Origin: Candidatus Latescibacterota bacterium
Lineage (GTDB): Bacteria > Latescibacterota > UBA2968
Direction: 5' to 3'
DNA: 64,000 nucleotides
Assembly (NCBI GenBank): GCA_965198115.1
Contig: OZ240241.1
Location: forward strand, 6,368,001 to 6,432,000
Below the pieces are notes generated by a model that made no database searches, was not told where the DNA came from, and worked only from the letters and a program-made list of their open reading frames with translations. The translations under genes and the position numbers were made by a program. This document shows, piece by piece, positions 20,244-31,372 of the stretch. Within the stretch, counting starts at the first letter, position 1. Each line of letters begins with the position of its first letter.

Positions 20244-21872
20244 CCTGAATCATGCATGAATTTGAGTTTAGGTTGTTTTGGAGTGATGTGATCACGCACA
20301 GGATTTGTTCTCGGCTTCTTCGGATGTCCAAGGTCCCGTAAGCGGTCTCTACGAGTCGCAAGAGTCACGATTTTCGTCCGGAACAGGTGTTGTTTTGCGA
20401 CGTGTACATAGCTGTCCCCGGTATAGATCGGCGTTGTTACTGCGTGTTCGTTTCGAGCCTGGTGATGATTGACACCAAGACGTTTTTGAGTGGATACGAT
20501 GTTGGAAAATGGAATCGGATTCTTCGTGCGCTTTCAATGACTCTCGCGCCGATTTTGAGGAAACGGTTCTGTATCGTGTTGACCTGAGGTTTGGTCCACG
20601 CGGTGCCCTTGAGTCCCTGTGATCGGAGTGCGTGAAGCAAGGCGTATGCAGCACTGTGTAGAAAGAGTCGGAACTGGTTGGCTTCAAACTTGTGGCACGA
20701 TGTTCGATCGGAGTGAAGGAATGTTTTGTGGTCCTTGATGAAGCCTTCCGTGCGTCCCCTTGCGCAGTAGATACGATCATAGATAAAGCCGTCTCGATTA
20801 CTCTGTAAATTGGTCACGCGGTATCTTGGATTTGCTTCGCCGTTTGTGACTTCAGCCTTGTGAATGATCCGGCGAGGCTGCCGGTAGGTGCCAGCCTGAT
20901 ATGAGAAGGATGAGAACAAGCGAATCGTCTCCTTATGCTCGCTCAGACGTAGCGCTTGGTCCATCAGGTTTTGTCCAGCCGCTTTGAGCTTGGAGTTGGC
21001 GCCCTGGCCCAGAACGTAGTAGATACCGTTGTCTTCGCAGAAATCGTGCATCTCTGGTGAGCTGAACTTTGAGTCTGCGCGAACGATGATCTCCACGTTT
21101 GGCCAAGATCCGCGTAGGTGTTCCACCAAGCGCTTGAGAATAGAAACGACCTGTTTACCGTTCGTCGGATGCCCGGGTCTCAAGATCGTCGTAATGAGCT
21201 TGCCGCTTTGGCCTTCATAGATATGTAGCGGCATATAGCAGTGTTCATTGTAATACGCGTTGAAGAGTGAAAATTGTTGCGCACCGTGCGTTGGGTCATC
21301 CGTGTCGTCGATATCGAGAATGATGCTTGGGGGTGCCTGGTCATACGATGCGATGAACCCGTCTACAAAAGCCCGTGCGAGCCGATACAAATCCGAGCGT
21401 CGCACATCATTCTCAAGTCGTGTCATCGTTGATTGGCTCCCGAGATCAGGACCGGAAAGAGGAAGCCGATCGCAGGCAGCCTTGACGCCCGGATCGTGGC
21501 GCAAATCATCACAATCGACGGCATCTTCATAGCCGCAAGCGATCTGAAAAACACGCTGCTTCACAAGATCCAAAAGCGTGTGATCGATATAGCTTGGGTG
21601 ACGACGATCTCGCAAAGCATCTACCATTCTGGCGATCAATCCCATCTGAGACTCAAGGGCGCGAAGCAACAGAACTCCACCGTCACTCCTGACGGCGCCA
21701 CCGGCAAAATCAGCCTCAACTACCTTGCCCGAAATGCTTGCGAATGGTAACCGGATCTGACTAGGTTCTATCACGGTAGTTCCTTCCAAGTGTTGTTTTG
21801 ATGTGTCAGCCCTAATGTAGGGAAAAACAAACACTTGTACAAGGAGACTACCTTTTTTATGCATAATTCAGG
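20244..21872 (-). mobile_element. IS1380-family insertion sequence
   Basis: IRs CCTGAAT(C/T)ATGCAT; CTAG duplicated at 20240-20243 and 21873-21876. Confidence 0.9.
20437..21864 (-). CDS. IS1380-family transposase
   Basis: SDGGVLLL, GYED..D...LRHDP, LDIDDTDDPTHGAQ, VRADS, YCARGRTE. Confidence 0.9.
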   Translation of the reverse strand: MHKKGSLLVQVFVFPYIRADTSKQHLEGTTVIEPSQIRLPFASISGKVVEADFAGGAVRSDGGVLLLRALESQMGLIARMVDALRDRRHPSYIDHTLLDLVKQRVFQIACGYEDAVDCDDLRHDPGVKAACDRLPLSGPDLGSQSTMTRLENDVRRSDLYRLARAFVDGFIASYDQAPPSIILDIDDTDDPTHGAQQFSLFNAYYNEHCYMPLHIYEGQSGKLITTILRPGHPTNGKQVVSILKRLVEHLRGSWPNVEIIVRADSKFSSPEMHDFCEDNGIYYVLGQGANSKLKAAGQNLMDQALRLSEHKETIRLFSSFSYQAGTYRQPRRIIHKAEVTNGEANPRYRVTNLQSNRDGFIYDRIYCARGRTEGFIKDHKTFLHSDRTSCHKFEANQFRLFLHSAAYALLHALRSQGLKGTAWTKPQVNTIQNRFLKIGARVIESARRIRFHFPTSYPLKNVLVSIITRLETNTQ

Positions 21873-21873
21873 C

Positions 21874-23044
21874 TAGCGTTCACGTCCCAGGAATAACTAG
21901 AAAAATATTCGATTCTGTCGTATGGTTCCTCAAGCACTCATTCTTGGGAGGAACCGATGGCTAGAGGTCGTCCGTTACAGCCACTGAACATCAGTGATGA
22001 GGTCCACGATCAACTCGAGTCATTGTCTCGTTCGCGTAGCATGTCTCACGCTTTGGTGCGTCGCGCGAAGATCGTCTTGATGAGCGATTGCGGTCTGACC
22101 AATCAGGAGATCGCGGAACGAGTCGGGTTGTCCGGAGCGTCTGTCGGCAAGTGGCGTCGTCGCTTCTGCGAGCAAGGCTTGATGGGACTGTATGACGAAT
22201 TGCGTCCTGGAGGGCCACGGTCGGTCAGCGACGAAGAGATCTCCTCCCTCATCTACAAGACGCTCAAGAAGCAACCGAAGGGTGCCACCCACTGGACCTG
22301 TCGTTCGATGGCCGACGAGACGGGGCTCTCCAAGTCCTCGGTTCAACGTGTATGGAAAGCTTTTGGACTGCAACCGCATCGACAGAAGCACTTCAAACTG
22401 TCGAACGATCCCTTCTTCGTCGAGAAAGTCAGGGATATCGTCGGTCTATACCTGAACCCACCGGACAACGCGATGGTGCTCTGTGTAGACGAGAAGAGCC
22501 AGATTCAAGCACTCGAACGGACACAACCGATTCTTCCTTTGGGTCTCGGATACGTCGAGGGCGTCACTCACAGCTATATCCGGAACGGCACGACCACCCT
22601 CTTTGCAGCGCTCAACATCGCATCCGGCAAAGTTCTGACTCAGTGCAAGCCCAGACACCGCAACAAAGAGTTCCTTCAGTTCCTCAAGCACATCGACAAG
22701 AACGTCCCAAAGGATCTCGACATCCATCTGGTCGTCGATAATTACGGCACGCACAAGCACCCGAACGTCAAGCGTTGGCTCGCCTCACGGAAACGATATC
22801 ACGTGCACTACACACCAACATATGCCTCCTGGCTGAACCAGGTAGAGATCTGGTTCGGTATCATCACCCAAAGAGCCATTCGACGAGGCACCTTCAGAAG
22901 CGTCAAGGACCTGATCGCCTGCATCAAGAAATTCACTGATCACTACAACGAGAATTCTACACCCTTCGTCTGGACCGCCACGGCAGATTCAATCCTCGAG
23001 AAAGTCCATAAACTTTTGAAGCTTATACGCGGGACGTGACAGTA
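21874..23044 (+). mobile_element. IS630-family element (second type); transposase 21957-23039
   Basis: IR core TCACGTCCC at both ends; DEKSQIQALER, DNYGTHK, SWLNQVEIWF; single intact frame. Confidence 0.88.
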
Positions 23045-23046
23045 GC

Positions 23047-23890
23047 GTGCCGAGTCTGAACGCTGCGCAGCTTGCTGAGTTTTCGGAACAGGGCTACCTG
23101 CTGCTGGAAGATCTGATTCCAGACGAAACTTTCGGACCTGTCATTGCTGACATAGAAGAGGGGATCGAGCGAGGAGCACTGGCGGCGTCACAGGAGCGAA
23201 GGATTCAGAAAACGTTCTCTGGAGAACCGTTCGATCGACGTTTCGCCTTGATCGAAGAGGAGTTCGGTGAGGCCGCACGTCGGTCGACACGTTCTCTTGA
23301 AGCGTCTGAAGACGGCGGGAATGTTCGGCCTGATGACCCATCCCGTTCTCCTCGATCTGGTCGAATCGATGATCGGGCCGGAGATCCTCTCTCATCCACA
23401 GTTCAACTGTCAGGCGAAGATGCCCAACGAAGAGATCTCGAAGGTTCGCTGGCACCAGGACCTCGTATACCTGGATTCCGACGCAGAAGAAACGCCCATG
23501 GTGAACCTCTGGATTCCCCTCGTCGACGCGACGGAGGTAAACGGGTGCCTGGAGGTCATTTCCGGAAGCCACAAGACTGGCCTGAAACCTCACGGAAGGC
23601 TGAGTGCCACCGGGAGACTCGACATTTCCGACGAACATCTGCCAACGGGACACATCGCCGTCTGTCCGGTCAGACGAGGCGGTGTGATCGTCTTCTATCC
23701 CCGACTCGTGCATCGGTCAGGTCCGAATCGGTCCGAAAAGATTCGATGGAGCATCGACATCCGGTACTCCGATGCTGATATGCCGACCGGACGAGAGAGA
23801 GTACCCGGGTTTCTTGCCCGCAGCACGAAACGTCCTGCCGAAGTCGCCACCAGTCATCTGGACTGGCTGAAACTGATCGAAAAGGCCTAG
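23047..23890 (+). CDS. PhyH-family dioxygenase (frameshift near 23260)
   Basis: FSEQGYLLL N-terminus; WHQD, WIPLVDATEVNGCL..ISGSH, HRSGPN, RWSIDIRY. Confidence 0.82.
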
Positions 23891-23941
23891 GCGACAAGCC
23901 TCGACAAACGCGGATGCCAGGCCGTAGCCTTGGGGCTTGGC

Positions 23942-23992
23942 GCTCGATTCCCTTGTCAGGCTACGTGAGAACGCGGTCTTCTTCTTATCCGC
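23942..23992 (+). repeat. 55-bp junction repeat, copy 2 (slightly diverged)
   Basis: GCTCGATTCCCTTGTCAGGCTACGTGAGAACGCGGTCTTCTTCTTATCCGC. Confidence 0.9.
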
Positions 23993-24034
23993 TCGAGGCG
24001 TCAGTCGATGCCGAATGATGACGGGCGGATTTCA

Positions 24035-25159
24035 TCACACCCAGCTGGCGATGAAGTCCTCGAAGTCCAAATCCTGCGGCATTTCGTAGAAGTAGTATTT
24101 CATCGGCGGGTTCTGAAAAAGAGGTTCGTACTGCTCCTCATCGGCAGTTAGTGCTTCTTCCAGTCTGCTGAATCGGTCCCACAACAGATCGAGCTCCTCG
24201 GGGGAAAACCGCGCCCCCAGCTCCTTGACGGTGCCAGTGTTTCGCTGGTCGTCACTATTCTTGTGCGTGCGGATCGTCTGCGCGATTCGAGCCAGCACGA
24301 CCACGGACGTCATGCGGGCATCCGGGCTGGCGTGCACGCGGTCGAATGCGTTTTTGAAAGCCAGTTCGTCCCTATCGATCATCCCCTGGAAAACGGCTTC
24401 GATCCGGTCGAGTCGTTCGGCGTACAGCCTGGCGAACTCTTCGCACTGCACGGTAGACTTGGCAGAGAGGTTCTTGACAAAATCAGCGCCAATCGTCTGC
24501 GGCATGAAATGGGCGAAGTTGTGATTTCCGTGGTTATGATAACCCCCGTGATACGTGCGCCGTTTGATATCGCCGTTAGGGCTGGCGCTGTGCAGAAAGC
24601 AGTTGATGTAGACCGCTCCGTCTCCGGCTTTGAGATCCACCTGCGTTGCACCGGGCAGCGGCACGACCCCCATTTTCCGTTCGATCTTGCTCTCCTCGGC
24701 GTTGTTGCGCCGCCGATGGCTCCCCGGAATGATGTGCAGAAAGTCGTCGTCGTAGAGGGCGATGTGCCATTGCAGGTACGGGGGGCCGTTCGACAGGATG
24801 TCCTCCTGCAGACCGTCGAGCGGGGCCATGTCGATCGGATGGATATCTCGGTGCCATCCGGTACTCGAGCTGACCAGGACCCACATCCCCGACGGTGTCA
24901 CCGCGGGCGCGCCCATCAGATCGCGACTGAAGCCGAGCGTTCTCTCGTCGAAGAAAAACTCGACGGCGTTTGCCGTTTCGGGCTCCACCCATTCGGTGGT
25001 GTCGACGCGACTCTGCACACCCGCCTCGGTTGCCCGTTCAACGATGCGATCGACGCTGGCGCGAAGCTGCTCCAGCTCATCAGCCGGAATCATGTCGCGG
25101 ACCAGGACGAACCCGGCTTCCATGAGTTGCTCGCGCTGCTCCTCGATAGTTGTCTGCAT
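24035..25159 (-). CDS. PhyH-family dioxygenase
   Basis: WHRD, QWHIALYDD..L.IIPGSH, LKAGDG...LH. Confidence 0.8.
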   Translation of the reverse strand: MQTTIEEQREQLMEAGFVLVRDMIPADELEQLRASVDRIVERATEAGVQSRVDTTEWVEPETANAVEFFFDERTLGFSRDLMGAPAVTPSGMWVLVSSSTGWHRDIHPIDMAPLDGLQEDILSNGPPYLQWHIALYDDDFLHIIPGSHRRRNNAEESKIERKMGVVPLPGATQVDLKAGDGAVYINCFLHSASPNGDIKRRTYHGGYHNHGNHNFAHFMPQTIGADFVKNLSAKSTVQCEEFARLYAERLDRIEAVFQGMIDRDELAFKNAFDRVHASPDARMTSVVVLARIAQTIRTHKNSDDQRNTGTVKELGARFSPEELDLLWDRFSRLEEALTADEEQYEPLFQNPPMKYYFYEMPQDLDFEDFIASWV

Positions 25160-25254
25160 GTTATCTCCGTCAGAACAGTAAGGTCGGCATAAACGCTTCT
25201 ACATTGAAGAGTGAGAATAGAGCATTGATCCTCGTTGGATGGCCTTCATGCTTC

Positions 25255-25297
25255 TCAATTCCCACGTGTTCTATTTTCACATCTTCTATGCCAAGGG
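25255..25297. repeat. 43-bp junction repeat, copy 2
   Basis: TCAATTCCCACGTGTTCTATTTTCACATCTTCTATGCCAAGGG, 41/43 identical to 5557-5599. Confidence 0.8.
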
Positions 25298-25348
25298 GCG
25301 CACGAATCCGCGCGATCTGGCGATGGCTGCCCGGCCGCGTCAGCCCCG

Positions 25349-26362
25349 TCACCTCGAGGCGTAGAGATCGGGACGGTCGGGGACAGAAACCGATTCCGGA
25401 GCGCCAGAACGGAAGGATCGCTTGCACGCGTCAGCGACGATGAGCGAAGTATAGCCGTCCCAGGCGGTCGGGCCGCTCGCAGATGGCAGACCGGCAACCC
25501 ACGATTGCGCTTCCCGGGCATATGCCTCGCCGAAGCGATCCAGGAAGTGGGTGTCGATCGCCTGCGTGAGACCGCCCCGGTTTCGGACGAGCGGCCGAGC
25601 AACCGGCGACGTGGTGATTTGACCGGATGCGCCCGTGATCTCCACGGCGACTTCGTAGCCGTAGCCCGATTCAGAATTGACCTGGATTATCCCCAGCGCG
25701 CCGCTTCGGAAAGTGAGATGGAGCACCAGGAGCCTGCAGGTCTCGTGTCGATCCACGGCGTGGGGGATATGCCTGGTGTAGACCTCCACGATTTCTTCAC
25801 CCACGAGCCAGTGCGCGGAGTGGATGTCGTGGATGGCGGAGTTCGTGATGACGTCGTCGATATGTCGTGCCACGCCCTTCGACGGCGACGGATTGTAGTG
25901 AAAGCCGCGGAACAGGAGCGGTGAGCCCACGTCAGCGAGTGCGGCTTTGAGGTCCTGGTGCGCCTGATCGTACTCGCGCATGAAGCCGACCTGGACGAGC
26001 GTGCGGCCCAGCTCGACTTCTCTCCGGAAGATGGCCTCGGCATCCGATGCGTTCGTGGCGAGCGGCTTCTCGCACAGCACGGGCTTACCAGCGTCCAGAC
26101 AGGCCTGAACGAGCTCCGCGTGAAAAGCGTCCGGAGCGGCGATGACAACGGCGTCGACAGACGCGTCCGCGATGAGAGCCTGACCGTCGGCAAACGTCCG
26201 CGATCCGGCGCATTCTGTTGCCATCTTTGCGAGTCGGGCTTCGTCCTTGTCCATCAGCGCGACGACTGACGCTCCCGCCACGTGTCGGGAGAAGTTGACG
26301 GCGTGTCGTCCTCCCATGTCTCCCACTCCGATCACGCCGATGTTAACCGTTCCGTTGCTCAT
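25349..26362 (-). CDS. Gfo/Idh/MocA oxidoreductase, inositol 2-dehydrogenase-like
   Basis: GVIGVGDMG, CEKPLA, QVGFMREYD, NSAIHDI, YGYEV. Confidence 0.85.
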   Translation of the reverse strand: MSNGTVNIGVIGVGDMGGRHAVNFSRHVAGASVVALMDKDEARLAKMATECAGSRTFADGQALIADASVDAVVIAAPDAFHAELVQACLDAGKPVLCEKPLATNASDAEAIFRREVELGRTLVQVGFMREYDQAHQDLKAALADVGSPLLFRGFHYNPSPSKGVARHIDDVITNSAIHDIHSAHWLVGEEIVEVYTRHIPHAVDRHETCRLLVLHLTFRSGALGIIQVNSESGYGYEVAVEITGASGQITTSPVARPLVRNRGGLTQAIDTHFLDRFGEAYAREAQSWVAGLPSASGPTAWDGYTSLIVADACKRSFRSGAPESVSVPDRPDLYASR

Positions 26363-26511
26363 ACAATCCTCTCTCGTCGAGCAGACAGCCCCTCATTAGG
26401 CTGGCGCACCCCCCGCTCCCCGTCCTCCCACCTTCGCTGTACAGCTTCGGCGGGCACGGCCGTAGCAGTGCTACTGCGGAGGGTGGACTGCTGGGGTGGA
26501 CGCCCAAACCC

Positions 26512-26566
26512 GAGCTCGATTCCCTTGTCAGGCTACGTGAGAACGCCGTTTATTCTTCCTATCCGC
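26512..26566 (+). repeat. 55-bp junction repeat, copy 3, preceded by REP-like palindromes (about 26400-26490)
   Basis: Identical to 13006-13060; upstream TCCTCCCACCTTC...CGTAGC..GCTACTGCGGAG.GTGGA is shared with copy 4. Confidence 0.95.
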
Positions 26567-26677
26567 AGTGACAGAACGACTGTAGGATCGGAAATCTGAG
26601 ATTGGAAATCGGGGATGGGAGAGCTGTTCTTGAATCCGATCGTGTCTTAAATAATGCGCCTGCCGATCGACGGGCGA

Positions 26678-27098
26678 CTACTTCTTGACCTGCATCAACT
26701 CGATGCTGACGCCATCCGGGCCTGCGAGGTAGCAGATCGTGTTACCTGGCGAGAACTCCCACGGCTCGACGGTTAGCCTGACGCCCTTGATCGTAGTTCC
26801 TCACAAAAGGCCTTCAATCGCCGTGATACGTGAAGGCGAAATGGTCGACGCCGTATTCGTTATGACTGGCATAGTCCTCGAAGTTCTGCATTGGTGGGGG
26901 ATCGGCCGGTTTCTCCCCGGTTCGAACGCCACGGATCAGGATCGTCAGCCCACCCAGGTTGATGGTGATCTGGGGTGCGTTCCTCAGGTCGATTTCTCCG
27001 ACAATCGACGCACGGAGTTTTTCCTCGTACCACTTTGCGGATTCGTGTGGGTCGTCACTGATGATGTGGATATGATGAAAGTTTAAATTGTCGCTCAT
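26678..27098 (-). CDS. VOC/glyoxalase family protein (frameshift near 26810)
   Basis: FHHIHIISDDP..SA.WY, GVDHFAF; C-terminus CYLAGPDGVSIELMQ in another frame. Confidence 0.8.
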
Positions 27099-27203
27099 TA
27101 TTAACCTCCGACAACCTCAGCCCCGCTTGAATTCGGTTGTGAGGCTACGTGTTTTACGTAGAGGAAGACGACTAAACGCATAAGCGACCGAAAGGAGTGA
27201 ACT

Positions 27204-28166
27204 ATGGCTTTCAAATACACGCTGGTTTGCGACACCCTGCCCTGGGCCGGCTACAACGTGCTGGAAATGCCAGACGAAGTCCTCACGGCCGCCAAGGCGG
27301 TTGGTTACGATGGCGTCGACCTGCCCGGCGATCCGACGAAGATGGATGGGAAGGAATGGCGCGACCGGGTCGCCGCCGCGGGACTGGCAGTGCCCGAGAT
27401 CTTGGGCGCGTGGGGCTATTATCACGCCGGGGAAGAACGCCTGCTGGCCAGCCCAGACAAGGCTATCCGCAAGCGCGCGGTCGATTACGCGCTGGCCACT
27501 GTCGATCTGGCGGTCGATATCGGGGCGCAGTACATGGAGCTGTGCGCGGCGCAGCCGGCGGTGCCTCAACTGCCCTTCCCGGTCGAGCCGATCCCGGCAC
27601 TGCGCAAGGCCTTCCGCCAGTCGATTGCCGAGATCTGCGATCACGCTGGCGCCAAAGGCCTGACGATTCTGCTGGAGCCGCTCAACTGCTACGAGGGCCT
27701 GCCCGGGGTGCTGACCACGCTCTACGAGGCGATGAACTACTGCGACGAACTGGGCTTCGACAATTTGGGCATCCAGCCCGACATCTACCACATGAATATC
27801 GAGGAGGGCTCTATCCTCGACGCGGTGCGCGCCGCCGGGCCGCGCATCAAGCACTTCCACCTCAACGAGACCAACCACGGCTTCCACGGCAGCGGCCACG
27901 GGGACTACCAGGGCGTCATGCGCATCCTCAAGGCCATCGGCTACGATGGCTATCTCGCGACCTATCTGCCGCTGATCAGCCAGGAAATTCTGATGAGCGC
28001 GCCAGGCAGCGTCACTTATGCCACCACGCCCAAGAGCGCGACCGACGCCGCGCGGCCGGATCTGCAGGCGGTGCTGGAGCAGATGTTGAATTTTCTGAAG
28101 TCGGTGGAAAAGGCCGTCGACACCTCGCGCGATTTCTACGAGGTCGGGGGGTTCAGGGGAGATTGA
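27204..28166 (+). CDS. Sugar phosphate isomerase/epimerase (xylose-isomerase-like TIM barrel)
   Basis: GYDGVDL, LEPLNCYE, DIYHMNIEE, HFHLNETN, GSGHGD. Confidence 0.88.
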   Translation: MAFKYTLVCDTLPWAGYNVLEMPDEVLTAAKAVGYDGVDLPGDPTKMDGKEWRDRVAAAGLAVPEILGAWGYYHAGEERLLASPDKAIRKRAVDYALATVDLAVDIGAQYMELCAAQPAVPQLPFPVEPIPALRKAFRQSIAEICDHAGAKGLTILLEPLNCYEGLPGVLTTLYEAMNYCDELGFDNLGIQPDIYHMNIEEGSILDAVRAAGPRIKHFHLNETNHGFHGSGHGDYQGVMRILKAIGYDGYLATYLPLISQEILMSAPGSVTYATTPKSATDAARPDLQAVLEQMLNFLKSVEKAVDTSRDFYEVGGFRGD

Positions 28167-28180
28167 CGTGCCCGTTTTGA

Positions 28181-30454
28181 ATGGCGCGGAGCAGTGATGG
28201 TGACACGATGACAATGTCCAGGGACGATGTGAAAGGGCTCGATGTCGCCCGACAGTTCTTCGGTGAGTGGGGACTCCCCTACCTTCGATCGGAGTTCCCC
28301 GAGATCTCTGAGCGGATCGCGGCCTTTCTCTGTGGGGGCTCCCAGAGCTTGGGCAATGACGATGAGGCCTCTCGGGATCACGGGTGGGGTCCCGGTTTCG
28401 GAATGGTGCTCACCGGGGAGGATATGAAACGCTACGGGCAGAAGCTGAGGAATCGTCTTAAGGAGGATGCACCGAACAACTGGCACGGCTATCGATGGAG
28501 GACCGAGGCGAACGTGCCCGTCGACTCAATCAACCCGTGGTTCAAAAGCAACATCGGGTGCTCCCATCCACCTGGATCTGCCGACGCGTGGCTCGACAGA
28601 ACGCGGGAGATCAACCTCTATATGCTTCGCGACGCCACGATCTTCCACGACCCGTTGGGTGAGTTCACCGCCCGTCGGCGCAGCTTCCACGTCTATCCGG
28701 ATCGCGCGTGGCTAAGGGTTCGGAATAAATAAACGGTCGATCTCAATGTTGAGCCATTGGCCGGATCGTGTAGTTCCAGTCGCCGTGGAAATCGTGCGGA
28801 GTGAGATCGATTTGGGTCATCTGTTCATCGGTCACCTTGACCCCGTTAGGGTAGGGTCGCTTGTCGATCTCGGAGCGTACTCGGAGACCGGCTTGAGTGG
28901 TCGTTCCGGCAATGAGATTCACGGTTGCAGCCAGGCTGACCAGGGGCTTGCCTCGCCAGTTCATAGCGATGAAGGAGAACAGGCGATGTTCGATCTTGTT
29001 CCACTTACTAGTGCCAGGAGGGTAGTGGCATACGGTGATCGTCAGGCCAGTGCGATTCGCAAAGCGCTGCAGCTCCCACTTCCACAGCCGCGTCTTGGCG
29101 CCGTTGCTGCCGCCTGCGTCCGCCGTGATTAGCAGATGCGTCGAAGTGCCGTAGGCGGGCCGTCCCATGTTCTTCCACCAACTTCGGATCGCATTCACGG
29201 CGAAGCTGGCCGTGTCGTGATCGATACCGACACTTACCCAGCCTTCATCACGGCTCAGATCATACACTCCATAAGGGATCGCCTTGCCCTGAGCAGGCAC
29301 TATGAAATCGTGTACCTTCACACGCTCCGGGTCTCCCTTGGGTCGCCATTCTCGGCCAGGATTCTTGAAGTCGCCGATCAACTCTTTCTTCTTGGTGTCC
29401 ACCGAGATAACGGGAAGGCCCTGCTGCTGCTGCTGGCTAATCCGATCATCGAGGTAAACGAACTGAGCGTCCCGATCCGGGTGTGCAGATCCCTCCCTTG
29501 TCTTCCGATTCGCCTGCAGCGTGTAATCGTGTTCGTGCAGGAGATTGGCAACGATCCTGGGGCTCACCGAATGCCCCATCGCTTGCAACTCGGCGGCCAG
29601 TTTGCGAGTGCTCTTCGATGTCCATCTCAGAGGATTGTCGTCAGGCGACCCCGCAGTCGTTGGCTCGACCAGATCATTCAGGTCCTGCCACAGCGTCGGG
29701 TCCGTGTCGGCCTTCCGCTTACGACCGCCGCCTGGACGCCGGATGCGAGCCGGGTCCAAAGGTTCGTCCGACCTCAACTCCTGAATGCCACGAAAGATCC
29801 GCTCTCTGGACATTCCTGTCGCCAGAGCCACAATCGCGATCCCACCGTGACCCAACGCTTCGGCTTCCGTGGCGGCCCACAGACGACGCGTGCGTTCCGT
29901 CAGCACCGGAGCCAAGGCTTCATACTTCGTTCGGAGAGTTTCGACGTCCACACTCCGAGCGTAAGATCATTACCTTGAAAAGTGCAGCACTTATTTCGTG
30001 GCAAACCCTAAGGCGCATCCGGGGCGAGCTCTACAACGTCTGGCATCACGGACAATACAACTTCCCACGTACTGTGAAGAGAGACGACCCTATCGCGATC
30101 GCAGTGGGTCACGGCATCTTCGTTCAGTCCGCCATGAAGCTCTGCCTGATCCTGGCAAAGGACTATGCCCCGTACTGGAAGTGGGTGGCCGCGGAATTCA
30201 GGAAGAGATCGGAGAACGAAGAGATCGACCAGGAACTTACCGAGTTGACGTCGATCCTGGATCGAGCAAGACAGGTTGAACTGGTCGATTCAATCTGCGA
30301 GAAGCTGCGGGCCCGCATCCTCGCGACGGGAATCGAACGACAGGCAGTGGACTCAAATCTCGACCTCGAGACCAAACGGCAACGTCCACCAAAGCGAAGG
30401 CCGCGAGACGTCCATCGGCGTATTCCCATATTTGGGCATTCTGTTCCAGGTTGA
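28181..30454 (+). pseudogene. DUF4037-domain protein interrupted by ISAzo13
   Basis: GSQSLGNDD..SRDHGWGPG; removing the IS restores AWLRRIRGELYNVWHHGQYNF...YAPYWKW in frame. Confidence 0.82.
28716..30008 (-). mobile_element. ISAzo13-family element, copy A; transposase 28743-29951
   Basis: GGGTT...AACCC ends; TAA duplicated; ISVDTKKKE, DHDTA.FAV, PPGTSKWNKIEHRLF. Confidence 0.92.
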
Positions 30455-30626
30455 AGCTCGGCGGAGTGAATTGTGAGCCAGGGGTGAGAATGAATCGAAG
30501 GATGAACGGTAAAAGCAGATCGATGGTTCCTTCCCGCCGGCGAGTAAGGAGCAAGTCAATAACTCTCACCAGATCCGCGTTACGATAGCTCCTGGGCACA
30601 TACTTCACGCCAAGGCCTCCGCTCAT
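30340..30626 (-). pseudogene. Cassette ORF (possibly a GNAT N-terminal part), apparently 3'-truncated
   Basis: Starts just after R' at 30663; NAQIWEYADGRLAAFALVD then runs into the convergent DUF4037 gene; no closing attC. Confidence 0.45.
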
Positions 30627-30662
30627 TCGTTCTTACGCGCCACTTTATCCTGGGCAGCTTTC

Positions 30663-30751
30663 ATCTAACGTTTTGGCCACTGGCGACGCCCGCCGAAGGC
30701 GGGTGTTCACGGAGGCGCGAAGCGCCGGAGCCGCCAGTGGACCTGTTAGCT
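30663..30751 (-). other. attC-like site
   Basis: Minus strand: AGCTAAC-AGG-TCCACTGGCG...CGCCAGTGGC-CAAAAC-GTTAGAT. Confidence 0.85.
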
Positions 30752-30908
30752 GAAGTCGTCGCCCACCGTGCTGGTCTGGTTAGGAGGCCGACCGCCTTAC
30801 GCCTGTCGGCGGTCAGCCGCAGCGAGTCGCCGCCACACGCGCACCCTGGCGTCAAACCAACTTCCCCCACAGCACCCGAGCCGACGCCGTCCCGCCAATC
30901 GCGGATCT

Positions 30909-31091
30909 CTAGGCTTTCTTGTTTGCGCGGGCCGCCCCAAACGCTGCACCGAACGCGACGCCCAGGGCCACTCCCACGCCGACGTTGCCGAAGGCCGCTC
31001 CTAGTGCCGCTCCCAAAGCCACACCGAGGCCTACGCCGGTGCCAACCGCCGTCCCACGCTTGCTATCGTCCTGCCGAATGTCTTTCTCCAT
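30909..31091 (-). CDS. Cassette-borne small glycine-zipper membrane protein (60 aa)
   Basis: GxxxG repeats (GTGVGLGVALGAALGAAFGNVGVGVALGVAFG); GAGGGA RBS; lies between the attI-like and attC-like sites. Confidence 0.75.
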   Translation of the reverse strand: MEKDIRQDDSKRGTAVGTGVGLGVALGAALGAAFGNVGVGVALGVAFGAAFGAARANKKA

Positions 31092-31184
31092 AAGTCCCTC
31101 AATATCGCTGGCCGACCCAAGTAGCAGTAACCCCAGGCGCGTGCTTCCATTCTCCCTACTGCACCATCGCGCTCAAACGATTTC

Positions 31185-31220
31185 AGCTAACAATGTATCT
31201 GCGCCGTACGTCGCAGATTC
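31185..31220 (-). other. attI-like site (no adjacent recombinase)
   Basis: Minus strand: ATCTGCG-acgtacgg-CGCAGAT-ACATT-GTTAGCT; R' box with no attC left arm; the first 15 nt pair with the cassette end at 30745. Confidence 0.6.
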
Positions 31221-31372
31221 GCTTTCAAGCAGCGTATTCGCGAATTGTAAGTTGCTTTGTGCGACGAATATAGTGACGCCCTTACGTCAACACGCTTCTG
31301 AATATGAGACAGGCTGTCAACCGCGGTCAGGTTCGCACCACCGGCCCATCCGTCTGCTGATCCTCAATGTCT

